A stretch of DNA of 64,000 nt from Monocercomonoides exilis PA203 (lineage: Eukaryota > Protista > Preaxostyla), in the NCBI GenBank assembly GCA_001643675.2, contig LSRY02000063.1:369379-433378 (forward strand). The letters are read 5' to 3'. This document shows, piece by piece, positions 28,031-39,935 of the stretch (position 1 is the first letter of the stretch; every line of letters begins with the position of its first letter). The notes beneath the pieces are model-generated. The model was given only the letters and a program-made list of their open reading frames with translations, searched no databases and was not told where the DNA came from. The position numbers were made by a program, and so were the translations under genes.

Positions 28031-30083
28031 TAAAGTTAAGTAATGGTTGTCAATTCCATCTTCGTGTGTGAAGAACCCAGGGTTTATCAATGCTCCCTGA
28101 CATGCATGGATTAGCTTTGGTGACTGATGCATTCACATTGGTTATTGTGCTTGTGCTTGTGTCCGAGAAGAGAAAGGATAATATTGCTGCTGATGTTGTT
28201 TGCTGTGTGTGGAGCCTTCTATCCACATATTCCCCATGTTTCATATTGGCTGATATTCAAACTCAGCATTCCTTTGAATATTTGCTATGATCGGTGAGTA
28301 ACCCACAATCGTCCCTTGCATTGGCTCTCTTCCACAATCGTAACATCCACACTGCATCCCTCTCCGCATGCTCCTCGCAAGCTCCTCCATATCCTCCGTT
28401 TGTTCCTCGTTCTCCTTTTCATCTTTCTCCTCCTTCCCATCATCGCAAACCACTCAAATTCATCAACTTCTTCCGTGAGCGATGCCATTACCGCTTTGGC
28501 TGCTGCTGTTGTTACCGATTCATCATTTTGCATTCGCCATTTGTATATCTTCTGCCATCTTCCATGTTAAAGCTCTCCTTCAACCTCTCCCTCTCACTCT
28601 CCGCCAAACTATATCTCTTTCTCTGTTGATCCCTCCTCTCTTGTTCCCCTTAATAGCTACACAACATCTGCAACAATTTTCCTTCCCTGTCTTATCACCA
28701 TAACTGAATGAGACACAGATTCCCCTGACTGCTGCTGGCTGAACGCGCGCCTTCACTGGACGTTCTTGCTCTCCTGTGCTTCCCCTCTAGTGACAGAATC
28801 TGCTCCAATTCGATTGCCTAAGAACTATCCAACTCGCGCAGTATAGCCTTCAGCTTCGTTGGTGTCTCTTTTGTATCGGAGTTTTTCTTTGCTGATATTC
28901 TCTGTGCGTTCTCATCTTTTGCAATATTCTTCAACTGCCACAACATCAATGACCGATCAACAACCACACAAAACTTGTCCAACAGAGCATTGAACTGATC
29001 CATTTCCACTTTCCTCAAAAAATTCGTCCAATTATTCCATCCGACCTCTTTTTTTAGTTGCAGCTTATTCTCCCCCACCAGCTCTCTCGCTTTCCATTGA
29101 TCGAGTTGCTTCACATTTCTTCTCGAAGTATCTCCGCTCATCGGATCGGAGAAATAATTTCAGAGCTTCGATGATGCTCAGGCTGCTCAAGCATATGTTG
29201 AAGAGAGTTTTTCACTTTTATTTTCTTTTTCCCCTTCTTTTCTTATCTTTTTCTCCAATTTCTCAAACAATCTCAGTATTGTTGATTAAACTCTTCTTCC
29301 ACATATTCTCTCAAATATCCTTTGAAAAAATAGCATAACAAAAAGGCAATTATTCTGTTATGCAACTTGGAGGAACTGGCTTGAAAGAAGAAAATGTAGA
29401 AATCAATCTGTCATTACTGAACGATGGCGTTTTAATTAATGAATTGTTGTAAAAAATTGTCTATTCCATAACTTGTGTTTATCGCAATATATCTTTTTGG
29501 GGATAACGAACGATTTCTCCATGCTTTTCAACAAAATAAATCTTCCAAAAGCGGTTATTGTTTCATTTGGAATTCGGAAAATATAGACGCATTGCTATAA
29601 TCTATATTCGGGAAATAATCATTTCAATATTGCTCTTTCGAAATTTGACAGAAATTTTGGTGTTATTCTTTCGAAAGTCAAACGATGAAATTTGATAAAT
29701 TTAATATGGGTTATGCAAGAGATAATTTCTTTGAAAATTTTGAGAAAAATAACACGAATCATTTTTATGTTATTATGCCACTCAATCAATCAATTTTTCA
29801 CAAAAAAAAAAAAAAAAAAAAACAAAAAAAAAAAAAAAGTGACGAAGTGACTGACAAATAATTTTGTTTTTCGGGGTGACGCAGAGGTTTTCACTCAGGT
29901 TTAAAATTATCTTAAATATTGTGTGGAACAAAATTCAAAAAGTGAAAGATTTTGTCCCATATCTGTTTGAACTGTTTTATGGTTATATGAGCATTGATCA
30001 AAATAGTTCTTTTTTGAAAAGTGCTTTAAAGAATGTTTTTGGGATTAATTCTTTTCAAAATTGTAATAAACATCTATGCGAAT

Positions 30084-32531
30084 GAAGGCCCATCAGCAAC
30101 ATCAACAGTTTACGTGAAGCAAAGTGGGAACGAAAGTTACAACGGTTTGGAGGTTGGGTAGGAAAAGCAATCACTGAAGGATGCATATAATCTGCTGACC
30201 AATGACATTGCGTGCAACATGAAAATTGTTTACGATACAAAACCATTGACTGCAGAAGTCATTACATATAACAATAAACAAAAAGTTACGATTGAAGGAT
30301 GGAAAAGTGATGGAAGTGGAAACACTGAAGTGGCAATAGACTGTGACGTTCATCCAGGAAGTGTTCTATTTAATTGCTATTGTGATGTGGAATTCAAACA
30401 CTTAGCGTTTCACTTCCCAACAACGTTGAGAAATGAAAGTCAAGAGTATTGATCGTATGATTTGATACGAGATTATTATGCTTCGTTGTTAATAAGCAAC
30501 TGCAGATTTATTCGCCCAAAGGCAGAAGGATGCTCCGGTGATTTTTATCTTGTGAATGTGTATGAAGGATCATTGACGATGGACTCAGTTGAGTGCGCGG
30601 ATGATGCAAATACATTAACATCGAAAAGAGAATTGTTTAATTCCATAGACTCTCAAACAGTGATATTGTCGAATTTGACTTTGAAGAAAGTTGAAACAAA
30701 TATGAATGCTGTTTTCGAGATAACAAGTGTAGAAAAATGTGATGTCACATTGAATGGAAGCAATTTTATTGAATGCAAAACAAATAGTAACGGTGCATTG
30801 TATGTTTGCTTCTTCAATGACGAAAGCACATTTACTGTTGGAGATGATGGCGTCACCACTTTTTCATCTTGCAGTTGCAATGATAATCAAGGTTCTGGAG
30901 GAATATATCTTCAAATGCCAGCAATTGAATCAGCAAATCAGATTAAATGGCCCAAAGACGGAACGAATCTGATATTTGACAGATGTACAGCAGGAGAAGG
31001 CGAGTCTAAAAGGAACATTGGAATATATTTGGAGATGGCTGATGATTCATTATTCGAAGAAATGGCATTTGCAATGAAGAAGAGTTTTGCAGCTAATTAC
31101 ACACGAAGCAGAAATATGTGGAATGTAGCTGGAATTGAAAATAATAACTACGAAGAAATTGATTTTGTATCCAAGTATTTAGATCCTTTACTGCCTCCAT
31201 CGCAAGATGCTTCAAAGATTTATGTTGAGTCCAGAGGCACTGGGAATGGTGAAAGCTCAGAAAGACCAATTTACAGTTTGAAGGAGGCCAATGAATTGTT
31301 GGGAATGATCGCAAGAGAAGACATATTTGGAATTGCAATATTGAAATCCGACGACCCTATCCAAGCCGAAGAAATTACATTTAGCAAGAGCCGTGGAATA
31401 GTCATTGAAGGAGTGAACAGCGACGGAAATGGAAATGTTGAAGTGGCTATCGATTGTGATGCCATAGCTTCAAGAGCTTTATTCACGTGCGAAAAAGAGG
31501 TGGAATTCAAGTATTTGGCATTCAATTTCCCAACGTCAGAGAACAAATGGGATTCTTTAATTTTCGGAAATGAAATGTCTTCATCACTTTCTATCAGCAA
31601 TTGCCGATTTGTCAGAGTAAGTTCGCAATCATCAACAGATAAAATGACTTCAAATGACGATGGAGATGATTTCGTTGTGGGCAGTCTTGTAAGCGTTTGG
31701 GAGGGAAAAGTCGCTATGAACACTGTCACATGCACAGATAACAGTAATACAGTTTCGTTTTCGTCATCACTGTTTTCTTTCAGCGGAACAAGGGAAGTGT
31801 CTTTGAATGGAGTGGAGATCAGCAATGTGAAATTTTTACAAAATTCTGTCATTTTTATTTTGGATTCAAAGGACAAAGCTGTGAAAATTTCCATTGAGGG
31901 ATTGAATATCAAAGATTCAGATTCAAAGTTTGGAGATACATCTGGCTTGGATATTATTTTGAGTTCGAAAGAGTCAACAGTGGCTATCGGAAGAAACGAC
32001 AAATGTTCATTCAAGTCATGTTCAGCACCAAAGGGGAAATCAGGAGCGATGTTCATTAAAATTCCAAAGGCAACATCGAATCTTCAGCTTCCTTCGACAA
32101 ACAATCTTGAGATTGACAGCTCAAACACAGCGAATTCAACAGCGAGATCAATATGCATCATTGCCCCAGATTTTGATGAGTTCTGTAAACAAGAAGATGC
32201 ATTTGAATTTGCAAAAGATTATGACAATTCAACAGCAGGGTGGATTGTGGGAGCAAAAGACACGAAATCAGAGCCAGGAGATGTGTATGAGAAGCACGTG
32301 AAAGTGAGACAAGATCGAATCGCTGAGCAAAACAGAGAACAAGAGAGAGAGCAAAACAGAAAGCAAAAAGAAAAGAAAAGAAGGATGGTGATTGCTGTTG
32401 TTGTCCCTATAGTTGTTGTTGCAGTTGTCGCAGTGGTTGTGGTTGTTGTTATTGTTATTGTTGCCAAGAAAAAGAAGGCCAAACACAATGCAGATGAAAG
32501 CAAAGAACAAGAAATGAGCAGCCAAGAGTAG
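30084..32531 (+). CDS. single-pass membrane surface protein with two internal repeats; 5' part disrupted by in-frame stops
   Basis: 689-aa ORF 30462-32531 ends in a hydrophobic TM (VIAVVVPIVVVAVVAVVVVVVIVIV) plus KKKK tail. The module IEG..SDG.GN.EVAIDCD...VEFK.LAF.FPT...ISNCRF occurs twice, once in the in-frame upstream piece 30219-30452, which is separated by TGA. Confidence 0.7.
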
Positions 32532-33308
32532 AATTGAGATTTCCAATTCTTTTTGAGCAATTAAACGTTTTTTATTTTCATAAAATGTTATTTGTGAATA
32601 TTATAGTATTTTTCAAAACTTTTATTCCTCATTAATCGCATTGAAAGTGTGATTATTTGTTGAAATGTAATTCATAGATTAGTTTCATTTCACACACACC
32701 AATTGTTATTCATCATCATCACTTTTCCGTTCACTTCAGAAGGATTTTACAAAAATAGTTTTTGAATTTCCCGTTGTTAATTCCAATAATTATTTCCAAT
32801 GATGCTAAAAATGAAAACTTTCTTGTAAACAACTTTCGAGGTTTATGATAATTCAAAAGAAGAGACAAAGATGCAAAATGCACACACCCAGCCATAAAAA
32901 ACTTTGAGTGCTTCAACAAAACTGTTCGATCCAAAGAATGAGTTTCATTAAAACAAAACAAATCAATGATTTTTTTATGAGAATACAGAATGATTTTATT
33001 ATTAGGGTTCGATCATATTTTGGATTTATTCTATTGCACTTATTTTTTCTGAGCAAAAGAATTGAGTATGATATTTATATTTTGATTTTGTCAATTATCA
33101 TTAATGTTTGCTGTTTTTGTTTTGTTTTTCTGTGGTTTTTTTTTTTTAAAGTTTTGCAGCAAAATTAGTCTTTGCAATAAATAGACAGAATGGAAATGTG
33201 CGATGAAGACAAATCTGATGATGATTCTCAAGAGCCGTCTCTTGCAGACAAGTTTTTAAGTTTGCGAACATTAATTGTGTATTTTCAAAGATCTCATATT
33301 TTTGATTT

Positions 33309-34700
33309 TTGATGATCGAGGAAGAATTGTTTTCTGAACTGGAGCATTGCAATGAAGAAGAACAAAGACAGAAAATTCTTGAAATGAATGCATTGATAGA
33401 CAACTTGAATGAAGATGAATTCAAATCAGTTTTCACTGAAGAACTGTTCAGTAAAATCAACAAAATGATTGAGGAAAAGAAAATGTCAAAGGAAAACGCA
33501 ATCTTGTTGTTGAAGCAAGCTGGATATTGTAAGGAATTGAAAAGCTTTTTTTGTTATTCTTTTGATGATTCATCATTGAGAAAAAGAATGCCAGGGATGA
33601 TAATTGAAGAAGAAAGGAGAATAGAAGAAAAGAACGAAAGGCTTTTGGTTGATCTTTGCGAATGCTATCTTTTGTTAGACCATCTCTCATCATCAAAATT
33701 GGATTCAATTTGTGTGCCTTGCCTTTTGAAAGTTGCCTCAAAGAAAGAGGAAAGCGAGGAGACTCAAAAAGAAGTGGAAATTGCTTTGCTGGCTTTGAGT
33801 AATACTAAATATTTTGTATGAATAGTTCTTTTTCCTTTTTGATATTGTTGTTTTTCCCCTTGTTTTCTTTCATAGGGAATGAAAAGAGAAATGTATTTGA
33901 ATAAGATCAAAGCGATCATTGAATATCACCAGGAACATCACAACCTGACAAGGCTTGCCTATCAGTCTACTTGGCAGTTTTTGGTTGCAAGATTGGAATG
34001 TGACAAAAGCTTGGGAGATGCTATTATCAATGCACTGCATTTTACTAGAGAAGCAGCAAGAGAATAAGAAGAGCTGTCGAAATATGTTGTTGGAAGAGAG
34101 AAAAAGAAGAGGAAAAGGTGCTTGCTTTGATGGAATGGCGCAATACTATAGAGATTTGTTTTGACTATTGTAGATCGAAGATTGAAGAATGTTCTGAACT
34201 TATGAGCAGCATTGTTCAGTTATTTCGAGCAGCAAGGGAATATTATAGAAAAATTAGCAGAAAATGCTTTTATTTGTTAAGAACATCAGCGGAAAACAGA
34301 GCAGTGGAAATTGATGATTTGTTGGAAGGAGGAGTCGCTGATCTCTTTTTGGAGGAGATTCAGCGGCAAACAATGGATAAAAAAATGACATATGAAAACA
34401 TGAAATTCTTTGATTTGATTTCAGAAAGATTGAAAGAAAAGAAGTACGGTTGGGTTGGCGAAAGGAAAAAAAAAGCAGATAAAAGGAAAGCACTTGTAAA
34501 AATAGAAGAAGCGAAAAGAAAAGAGCTGAAATGGAAAGTGCTTGAAAAGATGGAAGAAGGAGGATATGAAGTACAATCGTAAGCCTTTATGAAACATTTG
34601 ATTTTCTGCACAAAAAATATTATGACGATGCATTATCGTTGAATATTTCTGATTATTTTGTGTTTGTTTGAATAAAAAGAGCCTTTTCTGTTTCAAACTT
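33309..34700 (+). pseudogene. expanded host family member (E/K-rich helical protein), pseudogene with 60-bp intron 33816-33875
   Basis: Three collinear ORF pieces homologous to 38644-39935. Intron GTATGA...TTTCATAG. Premature TAA at 34065 followed by a frameshift. Confidence 0.75.
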
Positions 34701-34773
34701 TTCGGAAATTGCAACTATTCGATCTGAAAAAGAAAGGAAACAGAAGAATAAGAAGCAAAGAAGAAAGAGAAAG

Positions 34774-34847
34774 ATGAGGAAGAGGAAGAAGAAGAAGAAG
34801 AAGAAGAAGAAGAAGAAGAAGAAGAAGAAGAAGAAGAAGAAGAAGAA

Positions 34848-34878
<31 letters not shown>

Positions 34879-35040
34879 AAGAAGAAGAAGAAGAAGAAGA
34901 AGAAGAAGAAGAAGAAGAAGAAGAATGATAAGGAAATCAGTTTCCTTCAAAACATTCAGCAAGCAAAGCTGAAGTTGTCTGTTGGATTTTCTTAAAAACC
35001 TGTTTATTTGCTGAAGAGAGGAAAGAGAAGAAGAAGATGA
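34774..35040 (+). repeat. (GAA)n tract plus third copy of the 117-bp cassette (34924-35040)
   Basis: Matches the cassettes at 27264 and 27788. Confidence 0.9.
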
Positions 35041-36146
35041 ATGAGAAGAAGATGAAGGAATTGGAGAAGGAGAGGAGGAGGAAAGAGAAGGAGAAGGAGA
35101 AAGAGGAAGAATTAAATGAGGAAGAAGAAGAGGAAGGAAGAGAAAGAGAAGAAGAAGAAGAAGAAGATTTCATCTTGTTGAACCGAACAATATTGAGAAT
35201 TGTGTCTTCCCCTCCGGTTGCCATGATAATGTCATCATCATCATCATCATCTTCTTCTTCTTCTCTTTCTTCTCTTTCTCTTTCTCTTTCTCCTTCCTTT
35301 ATTTGTTTATTGTCCTCTTTCTCTTCTTTTTCTTTTTCTTTTTCTTTTTCTTTTTCTCTTTCTCTTTCTCTTTCTCTTTCTCTTTCTTTTTCTTTTTCTT
35401 TTTCTGTTTCTGTTTCTCTTCCTCCTCTTCTTCTTCTTCCCTCTTTCCCAAAGGAGACAATAGAAGCAGCGTGTATTTCCATGCCATGGAGAGAAGGAAG
35501 AAGAGAACGTTGAATGGAATGAGGAAGAGGAAGAGGAAGAGGAAGAGAAGAAGAAGAAGAAGAATCAAAAGAAAGAGGAGGAACATGAATACAGTGATTG
35601 TGCATGGAAGGAGAGAGAGAAAGAAAGAAGGCGTTTCCTCTGTTGTTGTAGCAGTGCACAAGTGAAAAAAGAATGTTCATTGAAGAAGAAGAAGAAGAAG
35701 AAGAAATTAAATTAGAAGAAGAAGAAGGAAAAGAAAGAGAAGAAGAAGAAGAAAGAGAAGAAGAATTAAATGGATAAGAAGAAGAAGAAGAAGAAGAGAA
35801 AGAGGAGGAAGAAGAATTTTGATTTATTCGTCGATTTATTTCTTCTTCTTCTTCTTCTCTTTCTTCTTCTCTTTCTCTTCTTCCTTCTCTTTCTTCTCTT
35901 CTGAAAGATACAATTTGGCTAACACAGAAATCACAAGCACATTTACTGCCACCAGATTCAATAGAGGCAATGACTGAAGGTGAAGAAGAAGAGGAAGAAG
36001 AGGAACTTAATGAAGAAGAAGAAGAAGAAAGAGAAGAAGAGAAGAAATGAGATGAAGAAGAAAGAGAAAGAGGGAAAAAGGAAGAAGAAGAAGAAGAAGA
36101 AGAACGAAAGAAGAAAGAAGAGAAAGAAAGAAGAAAAGCGATTCCG

Positions 36147-37389
36147 GTGATTAAAAGAGACCCTGCGCTTTCTTCTTCTCCTTCTTCCTCTTCGTTTCGC
36201 GCTTCTTCTTTGCATGGTGTGGTGCTTCTGGACAAGCAAACATCACGTACAACAACAAAAGAAGCTTCATCCTCTGCGCCTCCTCCTCCAAAGCGCAGAA
36301 GAAACACTTCCACCCCTCCTCCTCTTCCCCGCGTAGCCTCGCGCTGCCTTTTGGCATCAAGAAATCGCTCTGTTTCTCCACTCCATTCAACACCCACACA
36401 ACAGCACAATCCTGGATCACGCTCGTCCAATTCTGTCAGCAAGGACTTCTTGCCTCGTGTTGCGCTGATGCGGTACAGCACACCCGATGCACTGTCTACT
36501 CCTTCTGCATCTTCTTCCACCCCCAATTCTCGCTCTCGTAGGCGTAGAAGATCGCTTCCTCCGCTTCCGCGTGTTGCGCAGCTGGCATCGATCCGCCCAT
36601 CTGAGTCTCAACAGCAGACACCTTCTTCTTCTGCTGCTGGCTTCTTTGCCTCTCCGTTTTCCAGCACAAAATGTGGCTTCCACAGCCTCTGTGGCAACCA
36701 GCCAGCAGGCAAAGTGTCGTGGATACCAGCAGGGTCAGTGAGTGGGAGGATCGAGCAGAGAGACAGAGAGTCGTTTGGGCTGGCGCTGATGCCGGGGAAG
36801 AGATGGATTGAATTGGAAGAGGAAGAGGAAGAGGATGAGAGAGATGGAGAGGGAGAGGAAGGGAAAAGGGAGAGGAGGAAGAAGAGAAGAGAGGAAAGCG
36901 AAGGAGTTGAGAGTGCTGATAGCACAGAATCAGATGGTGGGTTCGATATTTTTGCGCAATACAAACTGAAAAAGAAGCCAAGCACACACAAAAAGCAGAA
37001 AACAAAACGAGAAAAGAGCGAAGTCAAGATGGAAAGAACTGGAAATGCAGAGGGCATTCAAGAAAGTGCAAAGAAGAACACCCCACAAGCAGAGTATCGC
37101 ACTCACCCTGCTTCTGCTCCTCGTTCTGTTCGGCCTCATTCAACGCCTCACACTCCTTTCACTCCTCAGCAAGGATTCACTTCGATTTCTTCTTCTTCTT
37201 CTTCTTCTTCTTCTTCTTCTTCTTCTACTACTACTACTACTACTACTACTACTCTACTACTACTACTACTACTACTCTACTACTACTACTACTACTACTC
37301 TACTACTACTACTACTACTTCTTCTTCTTCTCATATTTCAAATGAAGAAAATCCTTCTTCTTCTTCTTCTTCTTCTTCTTCTTCTTCTT

Positions 37390-37422
<33 letters not shown>

Positions 37423-37896
37423 TACTACTACTACTACTACTACTCTACTACTACTACTACTACTTCTTCTTCTTCTCATATTTCAAATGAAGAAAATCCT
37501 TCTTCTTCTTCTTCTTCTTCTTCTTCTTCTTCTTCTTCCTCCTCCTCCTCTTCCTCCTCTTCCTCCTCTTCTTCCACCACTGGCACTCGCACTTCCCGTG
37601 GGATTCCGTTGACTCCGCTCAATTCCTATCACCCAGGATTCCTTCTTCTGACAGACATTCGCTTTCAACCAGAACATAAGTTTCCACCAAGCGCTACGTT
37701 GAAAAGAGCAAGAAGTGCTGAAAGGGCAAGCGAATCAGAAAAGGAGAAAAGGAGAAAGGGAGGAAGAGTTGGAAGAAGAAGAGGGAGAGGTGAAGAGAGA
37801 GGGAGTGAAAGAAATGGAATGAACAATTTGAATGAAGAGGAGTTTGAGTTTACTGGGAAAAAGGAGAAAAGTCAAAGACTCGAACACAATGTGTGA
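36147..37896 (+). other. low-complexity S/P/R/E-rich coding-like region, probably decayed
   Basis: 447-aa ORF with no recognisable domain, interrupted by microsatellites. Confidence 0.3.
37188..37575 (+). repeat. compound (TCT)n(ACT)n microsatellite duplicated in tandem with spacer CATATTTCAAATGAAGAAAATCCT
   Basis: Read directly; the spacer occurs at ~37332 and ~37477. Confidence 0.9.
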
Positions 37897-38643
37897 TGAA
37901 GAGTTTGACAATTTGTATGAAATTGCACTGATTAAAAAAAGGAATGAAAGAAAAAGAAAAAGAAGCAGCTAAGTCGGTTTATAATTGAAACGATGTTGTT
38001 TATTGATAATCTTTCTCTATGTCCAAAGCTTCATATTTTTTATCTCGAATTTATCTTTCTCTTGTCTATTCAAAGAATGACGGACTTTATGTCCATCACT
38101 AAATGCTTATTTGTTTGATTGTGCTGGTTTTTTCAAATCGTTTCATTTCTTTTCCAATGCTTATTTTTTTTGTTTTTCGTTTCTCTTTATTCTTTTTCTT
38201 TCACTGCATCTCTCTTCATCTTGTTCCCTTCGATGTTTGTTTTGAACATTTTTATTCCTGATTTTTCTGATTATTCTAATGTTCCATTTGAAATGGTTTT
38301 CTATTATGACTTCAAGTGTTTTTGGATGTTCTTTTATGAATGACGAAATATTTCGAGATTCAAAACAAATGACTTTGATCCTTTGTTTTTCGTTCTTTTT
38401 GAGAGCTCATGATTAATTGGCTGAAGTTCCGTTTGAATGTGAATTATGTTCACTTCATACACATTTTCGGATGTCCAAATTCAAAAGTAGTCACAATCGA
38501 TCTTTTTGTTTTAAATTTCAAGTTATTTTTCCAAATTCTGGTTTTGTGACAAATGATGTGCTCGATACATTGAAAAAATCAAAAGACAAGTGAAATATTT
38601 ATTCCGAAAAACAAAACGCAATGCATCTCATTTTCTCAAACAT

Positions 38644-39935
38644 TCACAAGAAATCTGCAATGCTCCATGAAAAACGTCCAGTACTATCTTTCCATAAAAT
38701 CAACTTCATTAAGCTTATGATGGCGTCTTCGTATCCTTCTTCTTCCATCTTTTCCAAAAACTCCTTTTTTAAGGCTTTTCTTTTCGCTTTGTCAGTTGTG
38801 CGATCTTTCTTTTCTTTTAATCGCTTCGAAACATTCAAAAAGAAATAATAACAATTCCTTATCAAATCATCATTCAATGTTGGCCGTTGAATTTCCTCCA
38901 AAACAGCATCAACAGCTCCTCCTTTCAATAAGATGTCAACTTCTACCACTCTATTATCAGCTGCTGCTCTAAATAAAAAATTGCAATTAGAGTGAATTTC
39001 TTTGTAATTATCTCTTGATGCTCTTAACACCCAAGCAATACTTCCGAAAAGACCAATTAATTCTTCATTTCTCGAACGACATATGCGAAAATATGTATCC
39101 AATGTTTTGAACCATCTTAATAAAATTAGCTCTTCTTTTTCTTTTCCTCGTTCCACTTCTTTTTTCTCCCAATCCACACATTTTGATAGCTCTTCCAGTT
39201 CTCTTGCTGCTTCTCTCGCTAAATGCAGTTCATTCACAACCACACCTTCCAAGCTTTTGTCTTCCCAAAATCGATAAATAAAAAACTGCCAAGCAGATTG
39301 ATATGCAAGTTGTGTCAGATTGTGACGCTCCTGGTGATATTCAATGATTTCTTTGATTTCATTATGATACATTTCTTTTGGCACTTTCTAATAAAAAATA
39401 AGAAAAATAATAACTACAACAAAAAGGAAATCGAAATTCTCACACTTTATTTTCAATGCTTCTCAAAGTTAGCAAAGCCATTTCCACTTCTTTTTGAATA
39501 TCTTCGCTTTCCTCTTTCCTCATTGCAGCTTTCAGAAGGCGTGGTACACAAATTGAACGTATTTTAAGGAATGTAATGTAGCTAAGCGAAAGATAGCATT
39601 CACAAAGATCGACCAGTGACTTTTCGTTCTTTTCTTCATTTTTCTTAACTTCCTCAACAATCATTTTCTCAAATCTTTCTCATAACAAGGTATTATAAAA
39701 GCCAAAATTCCACAAGTCCAAAAGAACATTACAAAATCCAACATGCTTCAACAGCACAAGTTCATTATTAAATGGGATTTTCTTTTCTTCAATCATTTTG
39801 TCCATTTTGTTGAACAGCTCTGTTGTAAAAACAGAATTGAATATTTCTTTATCCATTTCCTCCACAAGTCCGTTCATTTCAAGGATTTTTTGTTTTTGTT
39901 CAATGTCATTGCAATGTTCCAGTTCAGAAAACAAT
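38644..39935 (-). pseudogene. expanded host family member with intron (~39388-39445) and in-frame TGA at 39680
   Basis: ELFSELEHCN..EQKQKILEMN...LVDLCECYL...EIKEIIEYHQERHNLTQLAYQSAWQF...EKMEEEGYED, clear paralog of 33309-34700. Confidence 0.75.

Noticed and set aside
26832-28132. Long poly-K, poly-L and poly-S ORFs (also 34693-36526 and 37045-37896)
   Set aside because: Translation artefacts of GAA/TCT/ACT microsatellites.
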